Assembly (NCBI GenBank): GCA_900542675.1
Contig: UQOT01000002.1
Location: 11,286 to 75,285, forward strand
Source: an uncultured Eubacteriales bacterium
GTDB taxonomy: Bacteria; Bacillota; Clostridia; Monoglobales; Monoglobaceae
DNA length: 64,000 bases
Direction: 5' to 3'
Shown here: positions 29,919-40,905 of the stretch, piece after piece
How positions within the stretch are numbered: position 1 is the stretch's first letter
Layout of the letters: each line of letters begins with the position of its first letter
Translations under genes and position numbers: made by a program
Notes under the pieces: model-generated
The model's database searches: none
What the model saw: only the letters and a program-made list of their open reading frames with translations
What the model was told of the DNA's origin: nothing

Positions 29919-32567
29919 TTACGTCAATTTGGCACGGAGCGCCGTAATCTCGCTTACAATAATAACAGTCAGTGCGAGAACCGTTATCTTTATCCACATC
30001 ACAATAGATAGCGGTACGGTTCCGAAAAACACGCCGCCGAACTGCGTTATTATCACCTGAAGGCAGAAAGTTAATGCAAATACCGCAAGCATCGTCTTAT
30101 TTTTGAACAGGTTTTTAATAATTCCCGCTCCGCCTATTTCGCGGCAGGCGAAAGCGTTAAATAGCTGAAATACGACAAACAGAGTAAACAGTACGGTCGG
30201 CATTTCCGCGGGCTCTGCACCGAGGAAATTAAATATACTCTCCAGCATAAATACCGCGGCGATATATATGCCGTTAACCGCAATACGCGTAAACATTCCG
30301 CGTGATACTATACCCTCGCTTCTGGGTATCGGTCTGCGCTTCATCAAATCACCGCGTATCGGCTCAAGACCGAGCGTCAGCGCGGGCGGACCGTCCATAA
30401 TTATATTAATCCAAAGAAGCTGAAGCGTAGTAAACGGCGCGGCAAGCCCCGCAAGCACCGAACACAGTACAACGAGCACGGACGAGAGATTAACTGTCAA
30501 TTGAAATTGAATAAAACGGCGGAAGTTATCAAAAATTCCGCGTCCCCACTGTACCGCTTTAACTATCGTTGAGAACGAATCGTCAAGCAGCACAATATCG
30601 CTCGCCTCCTTCGACACTTCCGTTCCCGAAATCCCCATTGCAATTCCCACGTCCGCGTTCTTTATCGCGGGCGCGTCATTTATCCCGTCGCCCGTAACGG
30701 CAACAACACTGCCAAGCTTTTTAAGCGCGTTCACCACGCGCATCTTTATAACCGGCGTACTTCGCGCTATAACACGGATTTTCGGTATTTCGCGCAGCAG
30801 CTCATCCTCACTGAGTCCGTCAATATACGTCGCCTCAACCGCTTTGTGCTCATCGTCGATTATACCAAGCTCCTCCGCAATTGCACGCGCGGTTATCAAA
30901 TTGTCGCCCGTCAGCATCTTAATTTCTATTCCCGCCGAGCGGCAGGTTTTGGCAGCATCAAAAACTTCGGCGCGCAGAGGGTCGGTTATCGCCGCGAAGC
31001 CGTCAAATTCCATATCACGCTCTATTTCCGCGCGGTCTCTTTCAAAGTCGCTTACACCGTCGATATCTATATGCGCAAACGCAATTATACGGCAGGCTTT
31101 TTTCTGATATTTCTCTATTTCCCGCTCTATTTCGCGGCGCAGTCGTTCGGGTATAAGACACATTGTAAGTATTTTCTCGGGGCTTCCCTTTGTGTAGACG
31201 GTCAGCCCGCTGTCCGACGCCGCTGCTGTAGTCATATTCTTCGTCTCGGACGAAAACGGGAAAGTGTGAAGAACGTTCGTCTCTCCCCTGATTTTTCTGT
31301 AATCAAAGCCCGACTTATCCGCGGCAACAAGCAGTGCGCACTCAGTTGGATTACCGATAAACCCGCCGTCTTTGTTAATATCCGCCGTACTGTTTACGCA
31401 GATATTGATAAGCAGTTCATCAGCTTTAAGCTCGTTTGGGTTAATTAAATCTCTGCCGCTTAAAAATCCCACGGCTGTCATTTTGTTCTCAGTCAGAGTT
31501 CCGGTCTTGTCGGAGCATATAACGTTAATACAGCCCGCCGTCTCACACGCCGCCATTTTCTTGACTAACGCATTGTTATGCGACATTTTTATCACATTAA
31601 TCGCGAGTGAAACCGCCATAATCGTCGGCAAACCCTCGGGCACAGCCGCAACAATTAAAATTATGCTTGTGATAAACGCCTCTGACACGGTCTCAAGGCT
31701 TGCCGCTCCGCGTGATATAAGAGTTATTATTCTAAACACAAACACAATTACCGCCGCTGCAGCGCCGAGCAGTGCGATGCGTCCGCCGAGCTTTGTCATT
31801 CTTCCCTGAAGCGGAGTTATGGATTTATCCTCGCCGCCGAGCTCACGCGCAATCTTACCGAACTCGGTCTCATCGCCGACTGCTGTGACAACAGCTCTGC
31901 CGCTGCCGCCCGTGATAAAGCAGCCGGAATACAGCATATTGCTGCGCTCCGCAACGGGAGTTTGTTCGTCCATAAATACAGTTTCAGAGCTTTTGCTGAC
32001 CGGCATACTCTCGCCTGTCAGCGCGGATTCATCCGCCGTTAACGCAATTGAGCTAATAAGCCGCGCGTCGGCGGGAATTTTATTACCCGTCTCAACGCAT
32101 ATTATATCACCAACAACAAGCTCGCGCTGCGAAATGATTATATTCTCGCCGCCGCGTATAACGCGCACGCGTACATCATCCGTAATTTTGCTCAGCGCTT
32201 CAAACGCCTTTGCGCTTCTGCCTTCCATAACGACCGTAATGATAACCGACAAAAATATAGCCGCAAAAATTCCGGCACATTCCAAAAAGTCGGTGTGTCC
32301 GCCGCTGAGCCCCCGTGCTATGTTTACGCCGAGCGTAATAAACCCCGCTATAAACAGCATAATAACCATAGGTTCTGCGCAGCCCTTAAGCAGACGGCTT
32401 AAAAATGTCTCGGGCTTTTGCTGCGTAAACGCATTTTCACCGTACTTTCTGCGGCTTTCCGCAGCCCGCTCTTCGCTCAGCCCAATATCACGCTCTACGC
32501 CAAACTCCCCAAGCGTCTCCTCCGCCGATAACAAATATGGGTGAAACCCTAAATTTTTTCTGTCCAT
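29919..32567 (-). CDS. P-type ATPase (type II, Ca/Mn-translocating)
   Basis: ALTGES, AVPEGL, CSDKTGTLT, MLTGDN, TGDGINDAPA. Confidence 0.95.
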   Translation of the reverse strand: MDRKNLGFHPYLLSAEETLGEFGVERDIGLSEERAAESRRKYGENAFTQQKPETFLSRLLKGCAEPMVIMLFIAGFITLGVNIARGLSGGHTDFLECAGIFAAIFLSVIITVVMEGRSAKAFEALSKITDDVRVRVIRGGENIIISQRELVVGDIICVETGNKIPADARLISSIALTADESALTGESMPVSKSSETVFMDEQTPVAERSNMLYSGCFITGGSGRAVVTAVGDETEFGKIARELGGEDKSITPLQGRMTKLGGRIALLGAAAAVIVFVFRIITLISRGAASLETVSEAFITSIILIVAAVPEGLPTIMAVSLAINVIKMSHNNALVKKMAACETAGCINVICSDKTGTLTENKMTAVGFLSGRDLINPNELKADELLINICVNSTADINKDGGFIGNPTECALLVAADKSGFDYRKIRGETNVLHTFPFSSETKNMTTAAASDSGLTVYTKGSPEKILTMCLIPERLRREIEREIEKYQKKACRIIAFAHIDIDGVSDFERDRAEIERDMEFDGFAAITDPLRAEVFDAAKTCRSAGIEIKMLTGDNLITARAIAEELGIIDDEHKAVEATYIDGLSEDELLREIPKIRVIARSTPVIKMRVVNALKKLGSVVAVTGDGINDAPAIKNADVGIAMGISGTEVSKEASDIVLLDDSFSTIVKAVQWGRGIFDNFRRFIQFQLTVNLSSVLVVLCSVLAGLAAPFTTLQLLWINIIMDGPPALTLGLEPIRGDLMKRRPIPRSEGIVSRGMFTRIAVNGIYIAAVFMLESIFNFLGAEPAEMPTVLFTLFVVFQLFNAFACREIGGAGIIKNLFKNKTMLAVFALTFCLQVIITQFGGVFFGTVPLSIVMWIKITVLALTVIIVSEITALRAKLT

Positions 32568-32600
32568 TGTCAGACCTCCCGAAAAATTAATTTGACAATG

Positions 32601-32770
32601 AAAAAAGACCCGGATATTTACCCGAGCCCAAAAATAAATAACTCAGGTAAAGCCCAAAAAGGCATTACATGAGTCTCGCCATTTAAGATAAGCCGGACCG
32701 CCGAAGCGGACAGTGATTGACGACTTACCGCGTTTTGCGCAAAAAACAAAACGCCGTCTACTCCCCCATG
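32601..32770 (-). ncRNA. yybP-ykoY (Mn2+) riboswitch with terminator expression platform
   Basis: GGGGAGTA..GTCGTCAATCAC..CCGG..GGCGAGAC elements at 32668-32770; terminator hairpin plus U-tract at 32601-32630; promoter TTGACA-17-TATAAT at 32803-32831. Confidence 0.85.
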
Positions 32771-32925
32771 AAGCAGTTTTCAATTGTTATTTAGTTATTT
32801 ATATTATACACAAAACTTCCAAATTTGTCAACACATAAAAAGGCGCCCGCCCAGGCGCCTTTCGAACCGTGCTGCAACTACGTTATGCGCTGAAACATAT
32901 ATTCAAACCGAATAATCACGTTCGG

Positions 32926-33822
32926 TTATTCTACCACAGTAGGTTCTGAAAATGTATTTGAGTTTTTGTCGAATATGATCTGATATGTTTCAGACTCGGG
33001 ATATGCTTTAAATCTCAAAGTACCGCTTTCGACAATTGTTAGATCATACATTTCATGGTAGCTGCCGCGACTGTATCTTCCACATACTTCACTCATATTA
33101 TTTATATTATAGGCGTTTAAAACACTTTGCTGGCTAACCATACTGCCTTCATAACTAAAGTAGAACAAATAATCCCCGTCAAATAACGCCGTATCCATGT
33201 CTATATCAGGTATATCAGCTATCAATTCGCCATCCTGATTTTCTTTATCATTATTAAAGTCTATCCTGTATAATGCCGCCGAATGGGAATTTGCACGCGG
33301 TGCTCTCTTTCCCGGTTTATTCTCAAACCTCACAAAATATATGCAGTCATCCTTAAGACACACCGAGCTGTTCCCCGACTGCGCGCTCATCAATCTATAT
33401 ACCCGCTCATATCCGCGGGTTTTGTCCTTTACGCCGAGATATGTATCTCCGTCAGCCTTAAATGTGTAATATGTCCATATATTGCCGTTATTATCAGGCT
33501 TTTTGGCAAGCTCGTTTATCTCGCTCTGATATCCTGTCATTGACGCGGTATTTGAGTCGCCGTTCCAATAAACCTTTTTATCATTAATTTCGCCTATTTT
33601 TCTAAGCGGAAGATATGTAGTATCCCTGTAGCTTATGCTATACGGAACCTCCTCGCCGCTCTCAAGCGTATAGCTTTCTCCCCATTGCGCTATATCAATC
33701 CCGTTTACGTTTATACGTATCTGATTAAACAACGCCTGAATATTCTCAGCAAACGCCGGCACACAACACAGCACCGCCGCAATCAAAAGTCCGCTTAATA
33801 AACCTTTTATATAGTTTTTCAT
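32926..33822 (-). CDS. Secreted protein with a copper-amine-oxidase N-terminal/stalk-like domain
   Basis: Signal peptide ending AFA; ISYRDTTYLPLRKI..VYWNG motif. Confidence 0.75.
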   Translation of the reverse strand: MKNYIKGLLSGLLIAAVLCCVPAFAENIQALFNQIRINVNGIDIAQWGESYTLESGEEVPYSISYRDTTYLPLRKIGEINDKKVYWNGDSNTASMTGYQSEINELAKKPDNNGNIWTYYTFKADGDTYLGVKDKTRGYERVYRLMSAQSGNSSVCLKDDCIYFVRFENKPGKRAPRANSHSAALYRIDFNNDKENQDGELIADIPDIDMDTALFDGDYLFYFSYEGSMVSQQSVLNAYNINNMSEVCGRYSRGSYHEMYDLTIVESGTLRFKAYPESETYQIIFDKNSNTFSEPTVVE

Positions 33823-33836
33823 ATGTTCTTCTCCTA

Positions 33837-34139
33837 TTATATTAATAAACGTTTTGAAATATCCGATGAACTGTAAAGCACTCTAATTATAACAACTCGC
33901 TTATCCCGAATGATATAAAAGACCGAATAATTATCTACATAGAGTTGTCTTATACCCATAGTGTGTTCAGGCTCGGAATTCATAATTTTTATACGTTCGG
34001 GAAAAAGGCCGAGTCCTTCTATCGCATCAGCAATGCGGTTATACTGTCTAACGGCGTTTTCAGGCGATTGCAGATTGTTCAAAATATAATTATATATACC
34101 TTCCATATCGCCAAGCGCTATATCGGTAATCTGTAACAT
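33837..34139 (-). CDS. RelE/ParE-family type II toxin (5' end possibly frameshifted)
   Basis: ITDIALGDM..IYNYI..LGLFPER..VDNYSVFY..VVIIRVLY; directly after a RelB-like gene. Confidence 0.8.
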   Translation of the reverse strand: MLQITDIALGDMEGIYNYILNNLQSPENAVRQYNRIADAIEGLGLFPERIKIMNSEPEHTMGIRQLYVDNYSVFYIIRDKRVVIIRVLYSSSDISKRLLI

Positions 34140-34153
34140 TGTACCCGTCCATA

Positions 34154-34456
34154 TTACCGACTCTCCCTAAATCTTTTAAATGCACTTGAGGCATCTTTAA
34201 CATTTCCTGCATCCATATCGTTTAGACCCTCTTTAAGTGCTTGATGAATTGCTTCATTGCTCATCAAGTCTGCATTTATTTGCGGCGGAGCTTTTGGAAG
34301 TGTAATCGAAAACGGAATTCCTCCGGTTAATGAAATCTGATTGAGATACACATCTATTGCCGTTGACATAGGTATTCCCAAACTGTTCAAGACTTCCTCA
34401 GCACGTTGCTTAACTATCGGGTCAACTCTTAAATTCAAAGTGTCTGTTTTTCGCAT
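34154..34456 (-). CDS. RelB/DinJ-family antitoxin
   Basis: LNLRVDP.VK..AE.VL..LG...STAI..YL.QI...GGIPF. Confidence 0.9.
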   Translation of the reverse strand: MRKTDTLNLRVDPIVKQRAEEVLNSLGIPMSTAIDVYLNQISLTGGIPFSITLPKAPPQINADLMSNEAIHQALKEGLNDMDAGNVKDASSAFKRFRESR

Positions 34457-34477
34457 AACAATCATCTCCTTGTCAAT

Positions 34478-34506
34478 ATTGTAACGCATTTATCGTTACC
34501 TTGCAA
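34478..34506 (-). promoter_or_regulatory. TA promoter with palindromic operator
   Basis: TTGCAA-17-TACAAT overlapping the GTAACG-N7-CGTTAC palindrome (34481-34499). Confidence 0.65.
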
Positions 34507-34615
34507 GAAAAACTTAATCAAATGCAGTAAATAATACGCGAAACTTCACTCCACATCACTTTCGCCGCGTCCACAGGTACGGAACACACAAAGAGCGCCC
34601 CGCAGGGCGCCCTAA

Positions 34616-36457
34616 TTATTCGGCATCTTCCGCTTTAGGTTCCGATTTCGGCATCTCAAACAGAGCGTCGAATTCTTCACCTTCGATTTTCTCTTTTTCA
34701 AGCAGGATTTCCGCAACCTTTTTAAGGTTTGCCATATTATCTTTAAGAATTTGCTTGCAGCGATTATAGCACTCATCAATAATTCTGTGAATTTCTTCAT
34801 CTATTATCGCCGCTGTCTCCTGACTGTAATCAGCGGAGTGACCCGCCTCTAAGCCTAAGAATACCTCGTCGTTTTGCTCGCCGAAGGTTCTTGCGCCCAG
34901 ACGTTCACTCATACCGTACTTAGTCACCATATTCTTGGCAATCTTTGTCGCACGTTCAATATCGTTGGACGCGCCTGTGCTTATATCGTCAAGCGTCAAA
35001 CTTTCCGCCACGCGGCCGCCGAGCAGAACCGTAATCTCTTCAAGCATTTCGGTACGGCTGTTGTAGCTTGCATCCTCCTTGGGCAGCGACAGCGTATATC
35101 CGCCTGCTCTGCCGCGCGGTATAATAGATACCTGATGAACCCTATCCTGAGTCGGCAGCATCTTTGATACCACCGCGTGACCCGCCTCGTGGAACGCGGT
35201 CAGCTTTTTCTCTTTTTCGGTAACCTTCTTACTCTTCTTTTCAGGGCCTGCGACAACCTTCATAATCGACTCCTCAAGGTCGTGCATCGTGATTTCGGAC
35301 TGATTTTTTCTCGCCGCAGCAAGAGCGCCCTCGTTAACTAAGTTTTCAAGGTCTGCTCCCGTGAAGCCTATTGTGGTCTTGGCGAGCACGTCAAGCTTGA
35401 CGTCTGCCGCGAGCGGCTTGTTTTTGGTATGAACCTTCAGTATCGCCTCGCGTCCGATTACGTCGGGCGCATCGACAAGTACCTGTCTGTCAAATCTGCC
35501 CGGTCTTAAAAGAGCGGGGTCAAGTATATCCGGACGGTTAGTCGCTGCGATAATTATAACGCCCTCATTCTCACCAAATCCGTCCATCTCAACCAGCAGC
35601 TGGTTGAGGGTCTGTTCTCTCTCGTCGTGACCGCCGCCGAGACCTGCGCCTCTGTGTCTGCCAACGGCGTCAATCTCGTCTATAAATATGATACACGGTG
35701 AGTTCTTCTTAGCGTTATCGAACAAGTCACGCACACGCGATGCGCCAACGCCGACAAACATCTCCACAAAGTCAGAACCCGATATCGAGAAGAACGGCAC
35801 TCCCGCTTCGCCTGCAACTGCCTTGGCAAGCAGGGTTTTACCTGTTCCCGGAGGGCCTACGAGCAGGACGCCCTTCGGTATCCTCGCTCCCAGCCGTCTG
35901 AAACGTTCGGGATTTTTGAGGAACTGAACTATTTCTTCAAGCTCCGCCTTCTCCTCTTCCTCTCCCGCAACGTCCTCAAACGTCTTTTTGCTCTTTATAT
36001 CATTTGTCATTTTGGCTTTGCTCTTGCCGAAATTCATCATACCGCGTCCGCCGCTGCCCGACTGCTGCATAAACATAAACCAGAATACAGCGAACAGAAT
36101 AAGCAGGCCGAGTCCCGGCAGTATTGACATCCACCACGGCGGAGTCCACGGCTGCGGCGTTTCAACCCTGAGAGAGCCGTCCTTTATCTGCTTCTCCATC
36201 TCCTCGCCTACGTCAGCGCGCAGGGTTTGATAGTTGGGCACCTCAACCGTTGTCTTAGCATCGCTGTTTTTGTATTTTACTGTGGCAATACTGTCCACTA
36301 TGCTTATCTCGCTGACCTCGTGATTTTGGATTTTAGCAACCAAGTCTGAGTACACGCCCGGCTCCTGCTGCGGTGTGACCCGCGTCATCATAAATACCAT
36401 AAATATAACAAGAACCAGCAGCAAGTAAAATCCTAAGCCTTTAAAATGCTTCTTCAC
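34616..36457 (-). CDS. ftsH: ATP-dependent zinc metalloprotease FtsH
   Basis: Two TM segments, [28 protein letters not shown]. Confidence 0.99.
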   Translation of the reverse strand: MKKHFKGLGFYLLLVLVIFMVFMMTRVTPQQEPGVYSDLVAKIQNHEVSEISIVDSIATVKYKNSDAKTTVEVPNYQTLRADVGEEMEKQIKDGSLRVETPQPWTPPWWMSILPGLGLLILFAVFWFMFMQQSGSGGRGMMNFGKSKAKMTNDIKSKKTFEDVAGEEEEKAELEEIVQFLKNPERFRRLGARIPKGVLLVGPPGTGKTLLAKAVAGEAGVPFFSISGSDFVEMFVGVGASRVRDLFDNAKKNSPCIIFIDEIDAVGRHRGAGLGGGHDEREQTLNQLLVEMDGFGENEGVIIIAATNRPDILDPALLRPGRFDRQVLVDAPDVIGREAILKVHTKNKPLAADVKLDVLAKTTIGFTGADLENLVNEGALAAARKNQSEITMHDLEESIMKVVAGPEKKSKKVTEKEKKLTAFHEAGHAVVSKMLPTQDRVHQVSIIPRGRAGGYTLSLPKEDASYNSRTEMLEEITVLLGGRVAESLTLDDISTGASNDIERATKIAKNMVTKYGMSERLGARTFGEQNDEVFLGLEAGHSADYSQETAAIIDEEIHRIIDECYNRCKQILKDNMANLKKVAEILLEKEKIEGEEFDALFEMPKSEPKAEDAE

Positions 36458-36578
36458 TTTTTTGCCTCCTGCCTACAGAGTATAATACCCCATATACTAT
36501 TTAAAACGAGTAGAAATTATATCACATTTCGCTTAAAATTACAATAATATTGTAAAATTCTTAACAAAATGTTTATTT

Positions 36579-37871
36579 TTACTTGATAATCAATACCATA
36601 TCGGTCTCGTTGTTCGCGTTTATCGGCGGAGCATAGCGTCCGTCCGAAATCGGCTTTGCATCGGTTACTTCAGCATTCGTCGGGTCGAACCACTTAAACG
36701 ACTTCGGCTCAAATCCGAGCGCGGACAAATTAAGCTCAAACGGTCTGCCGTTATAATCGTATACAAGCGCGTAATCCCTGCCTGAGTATGCGGTCACTCT
36801 GCCGTGCTTTTTAAAGCCATCGTTGTTTATGAGCGCATCGTTATGTTCGCCGTTTGTAAAGTCAATGCTTGTAATCAGCTCATACATAAGCTTTAAGTGT
36901 AAAGCTCCCGGTGCGTCCATCTCGCTGCGCCAGTCGAGATATACATCGTACGCGCCGTGCTCTGGCACTGCGTCGTGGAACTGGAATATTGAGTTGTTGC
37001 CGTAGGTATGTCCGCACGCGCCTTCTAATACCGACCAATACGCGTATCTGCGTACGTCCTTAGCAAGCCATACCGGCTGGTTAAAGTCGTGAAGACCCTG
37101 CGGAATATGCTCATACGACGGTTCACCATCAAGAATGGGCTTCATCGGCGTACGCGCCAAATCGCGCTTTACATACTTCCAGTTATCCTCCGCGAAAAAG
37201 TCCTCGGACTCCTTGTTGTCGTCCCACTCGCCGAGAGACGATTGGTCATAGCGTCTGTGTCCCGACTGAAACATATTAAAGTCAAGCCACGGCTGCTCGT
37301 GGAACCACAGCGCAGAACAGGTTCTGCCGAACGGGTGGAAGGTACATATCCGCTCCGGGCAAAGTCTCTTTAGCGCCGCGCCGAGCTTATTCCATATTTC
37401 AAAGCCCTGATGACCTCTGATATCGCCGCCCAGAACCCACACGAGATTGTCGTATTTTCCGAAACGCTCCGCAAGGAATGCACCGTATCCTTCAACATTC
37501 GCTTCTGTCAGGTAGCCCTTTTTGACCATTGAGCCCCAAACCGGCAGATACGCCATATACATTCCGCGCTCCGCCGCCATTTTGAGCACAGCCTCTGCCT
37601 TATCCCAATACTCATGGTCTTTGTTGAGGTTTGCAAAGTCAAAATCATCAACCGCACGCAGAGCATCTTCCTCGAAATTTGAGTTATGAATAAGCACCGA
37701 CTGAATAACATTGAAATGCTTCGACTTACGGTTATCGAGGTACATCGCTATTTCATCCATACTTACCTTCTGAAGCAGCAGCCACGCCGTATCTCCCAGC
37801 CAGAAAAACGGTTTTTCTGCACCGTCCTTAATTTCCAGCAGATTTTTATTATTATTCGCAATTTTTAGCAC
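36579..37871 (-). CDS. DUF4038/apiosidase-like glycoside hydrolase (GH140-like)
   Basis: PFFWLGDTAW, WVLGGD, TFHP.G, FNMFQSGH, DGEPSYE, GHTYG; C-terminal WFDP motif. Confidence 0.85.
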   Translation of the reverse strand: MLKIANNNKNLLEIKDGAEKPFFWLGDTAWLLLQKVSMDEIAMYLDNRKSKHFNVIQSVLIHNSNFEEDALRAVDDFDFANLNKDHEYWDKAEAVLKMAAERGMYMAYLPVWGSMVKKGYLTEANVEGYGAFLAERFGKYDNLVWVLGGDIRGHQGFEIWNKLGAALKRLCPERICTFHPFGRTCSALWFHEQPWLDFNMFQSGHRRYDQSSLGEWDDNKESEDFFAEDNWKYVKRDLARTPMKPILDGEPSYEHIPQGLHDFNQPVWLAKDVRRYAYWSVLEGACGHTYGNNSIFQFHDAVPEHGAYDVYLDWRSEMDAPGALHLKLMYELITSIDFTNGEHNDALINNDGFKKHGRVTAYSGRDYALVYDYNGRPFELNLSALGFEPKSFKWFDPTNAEVTDAKPISDGRYAPPINANNETDMVLIIK

Positions 37872-38041
37872 ATTGACACTCCTTATAAAATAATACCCTA
37901 ATTATACCATATTTAAAAATAATTTCAACAAAAATTTACGCCTATTTCCGCAATGCCGGTTATATGGTTTTTTATATTGAAAATTTCTTTAAATTATGCT
38001 AAAATATTCGTAGATAAATCCGCCAAAAGGAGAAAAAACTC

Positions 38042-38536
38042 TTGAGAATTTTAGGAATAGACCCGGGCTTTGCAATAGTGGGCTACGGCGTTATAGATTA
38101 TAATAAGAATAAGTTTGAAGTCGTGGAATACGGCGCGATTACAACCGAGGCGGGCGAGGAAATGAACTCGCGCTTTAAGACGATACACGACGACTTAAAT
38201 ACAATAATAAATCGCACAAATCCCGACTTTATGGCGATTGAGCAGCTGTATTTTAACAGCAACCAAAAGACTGCGATAAATGTTGCGCAGGCGCGCGGAG
38301 TGCTTCTGCTCTCGGCTCTCAACCACGATATAAGAGTTGCGGAATATACGCCGCTTCAGGTTAAGCAGGCAGTGGTTGGCTACGGCCGTGCCGACAAGAA
38401 GCAGGTTCAGCTCCTTGTTAAGTCAATGCTCGGTCTTGATGCGGTTCCCAAGCCGGACGACGCCGCAGACGCCCTCGCCATAGCCGTCTGCCACGCCCAC
38501 TCATACAACCCCCGCACGCAGATATTAGGCTTGTAA
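38042..38536 (+). CDS. ruvC: Holliday junction resolvase RuvC
   Basis: ILGIDPG, AQARGV, EYTPLQVK, PDDAADALAIA. Confidence 0.97.
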   Translation: MRILGIDPGFAIVGYGVIDYNKNKFEVVEYGAITTEAGEEMNSRFKTIHDDLNTIINRTNPDFMAIEQLYFNSNQKTAINVAQARGVLLLSALNHDIRVAEYTPLQVKQAVVGYGRADKKQVQLLVKSMLGLDAVPKPDDAADALAIAVCHAHSYNPRTQILGL

Positions 38537-38596
38537 GCTTTCGAAAGCCTTGCAAAATTTTGACAGGCGCCCCAACGGGACTCCTCGCGAAAAATT

Positions 38597-38665
38597 AACA
38601 TTCGCGGCAAAAACGATACGCAGCGTATATTCGCGTATTCTCTATTCCCTAATCGCTAATCTCTA
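38597..38665 (-). repeat. Dispersed heptamer-headed repeat, copy 1
   Basis: Reverse strand TAGAGAT-TAGCGAT-TAGGGAA-TAGAGAA-TACGCG-AATA-TACGC-TGCG-TATCGTTTTTGCCGCGAATGTT. Confidence 0.65.
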
Positions 38666-38733
38666 CGTTGACAATGCGCAAAATATGTTATATAATTTAC
38701 TCAAAACTTTTTAATATACAGAGGTGTTTTAAA

Positions 38734-40395
38734 ATGAGAAGTGACAGAATAAAAAAGGGTATTGACGCGGCGCCGCAGCGGTCGCTGCTTTATGCGCTGG
38801 GTCTTACCGATAAAGAAATAGGAAAGCCGCTTATCGGTATTGTAAGTTCAAAGAACGATATCGTGCCCGGTCATATGAATATCGATAAGGTTGTAGAAGC
38901 CGTAAAGCAAGGCGTTGCTCTGGCGGGCGGCGTACCGATTGTATTTCCTGCAATTGCGGTCTGCGATGGTATTGCAATGGGGCACGAGGGTATGAAGTAC
39001 TCGCTGGTAACGCGTGAGCTTATCGCGGATTCGACCGAAGCAATGGCAACGGCGCATCCGTTCGACGGTCTTGTTATGGTTCCGAACTGCGACAAAAATG
39101 TTCCCGGCCTTTTAATGGCGGCGGCGAGACTTAATATTCCGTCAATTTTTGTCAGCGGCGGTCCGATGCTTGCAGGACAGGAATGGACGGGCGGCCCGGC
39201 AAGCTATTCAACGATGATTGAGGCGGTAAGCCGCGCAAAAGGCGGCGAAATTTCCGAAGAAGAGCTTAGAATTTGTGAAGAAAACTGCTGTCCGACCTGC
39301 GGCTCGTGTTCGGGTATGTTCACGGCTAACAGTATGAACTGTCTGACAGAAGCGCTCGGTATGGGACTTAAAGGCAACGGCTCTGTCCCCGCGGTTTACT
39401 CGGAGAGACTCCGTCTCGGCAAAGAAGCGGGTATGCAAATTATGGAGCTTATCGAAAAAGATATAAAACCGCGCGACATTATGACAAAAGCGGCGTTTAT
39501 AAACGCGCTTACGATTGATATGGCGCTCGGCTGCAGCACAAACAGCGCGCTGCACCTGCCCGCAATTGCACACGAATGCGGAATTGAACTTCCGTTTGAC
39601 ACAATTAATGTGGTTTCGGAAAAAACTCCGAACCTGTGCCACCTTGCTCCGGCAGGCGATCACTTTATGCTCGACCTTAATAATGCAGGCGGCGTATATG
39701 CCGTTATGCACGAGCTTGACAAACTAAATCTTATAGACACAAGCCTTATAACGGTTACGGGCAAAACGGTTGCCGAAAACATAAAGGACTGCGAGATTAC
39801 CAATCCCGAGGTAATCAGAACCAAGGACAACCCGTATATGAAGACGGGCGGTCTCGCCGTGCTTAAGGGCAACTTAGCGCCCGACGGCTGCGTTGTAAAG
39901 CGTTCGGCTGTCGCTGAGGAAATGATGGTACATACCGGCAAGGCGCGTGTATTTGAATGCGAAGAGGACGCAGTTGAAGCAATCTACGGCGGCAAGATTA
40001 ACGAGGGCGATGTAATCGTTATCCGCTATGAGGGTCCCAAGGGCGGTCCGGGTATGAGAGAGATGCTATATCCGACCGCGGCAATCGTAGGCAGCGGCCT
40101 CGGCAGCAGCGTTGCGCTTATCACCGACGGACGTTTCAGCGGCGCAACACGCGGTGCGGCAATCGGGCACGTTTCGCCCGAAGCAGCAGACGGCGGGCCA
40201 ATAGCTCTGGTTCACGAAGGCGATATCATAAGCATCGACATACCGAACTACTCAATAAAGATAGAGGTTTCGGACGAAGAGCTTGAAGAGAGACGTAAAA
40301 GCTGGACTCCGAAGGAGCCTAACATCAAGACCGGCTACCTCGCAAGATACGCAAAGCAGGTAAGCTCCGGCGCAGAAGGCGCAATACTCAAATAA
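38734..40395 (+). CDS. ilvD: Dihydroxy-acid dehydratase
   Basis: [39 protein letters not shown] at 38734. Confidence 0.97.
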   Translation: MRSDRIKKGIDAAPQRSLLYALGLTDKEIGKPLIGIVSSKNDIVPGHMNIDKVVEAVKQGVALAGGVPIVFPAIAVCDGIAMGHEGMKYSLVTRELIADSTEAMATAHPFDGLVMVPNCDKNVPGLLMAAARLNIPSIFVSGGPMLAGQEWTGGPASYSTMIEAVSRAKGGEISEEELRICEENCCPTCGSCSGMFTANSMNCLTEALGMGLKGNGSVPAVYSERLRLGKEAGMQIMELIEKDIKPRDIMTKAAFINALTIDMALGCSTNSALHLPAIAHECGIELPFDTINVVSEKTPNLCHLAPAGDHFMLDLNNAGGVYAVMHELDKLNLIDTSLITVTGKTVAENIKDCEITNPEVIRTKDNPYMKTGGLAVLKGNLAPDGCVVKRSAVAEEMMVHTGKARVFECEEDAVEAIYGGKINEGDVIVIRYEGPKGGPGMREMLYPTAAIVGSGLGSSVALITDGRFSGATRGAAIGHVSPEAADGGPIALVHEGDIISIDIPNYSIKIEVSDEELEERRKSWTPKEPNIKTGYLARYAKQVSSGAEGAILK

Positions 40396-40400
40396 AACAT

Positions 40401-40435
40401 AAAAAGCCCGCAGTCATTATGGCTGCGGGCTTTTT
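40401..40435. terminator. Bidirectional terminator between ilvD and the XRE gene
   Basis: AAAAGCCCGCAG/CTGCGGGCTTTT hairpin with tracts on both sides. Confidence 0.8.
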
Positions 40436-40727
40436 ATGTCACTATACTGTCTAAAAATTTTGACAATAGCTTTTGCTGCTGTTGATTTAACTTTTTGACA
40501 GATGAAAGCAGCGCCGAATTAATTTCATTTTTCTGCGTATCAAAAAAAGCTACAAGAGATATGTTTAAAGCATCACAAATATACGTTAACGTTTCTACTG
40601 TCGGACACTTTTTCCCGAGTTCAATATCTCTTAAATGACTCTGAGAAATCCCTGCAAGATTTGCAAGCTTGTTTACGGTTATACCTTCTTGCTCTCTTAG
40701 TTCGGTAATTCGTTTCCCCACTTCCAT
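40434..40727 (-). CDS. XRE-family HTH transcriptional regulator
   Basis: RITELR..LANLAGISQSHLRDIELGKKCPTVETL; divergent from the SLH gene. Confidence 0.9.
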   Translation of the reverse strand: MEVGKRITELREQEGITVNKLANLAGISQSHLRDIELGKKCPTVETLTYICDALNISLVAFFDTQKNEINSALLSSVKKLNQQQQKLLSKFLDSIVT

Positions 40728-40781
40728 AATTCTGCTCCTTTCCGCTATATACTTATTGTAACAGCAACAGAGCAAAATAAT

Positions 40782-40841
40782 TATAACTATAGAGTTGACA
40801 AATTATGTTTTTAATGGTAATATTTAATTGTTATAGTTATA
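40782..40841 (+). promoter_or_regulatory. Promoter of the SLH gene bracketed by an inverted repeat
   Basis: TTGACA(40795-40800)-17-TAATAT(40818-40823); TATAACTATA (40782-40791) and TATAGTTATA (40832-40841). Confidence 0.6.
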
Positions 40842-40905
40842 GAAAAAATAAATTAAACACCCGCTTTATTCCTAAATTTTAAGCGGAATATATTAAATCG
40901 GAGGA

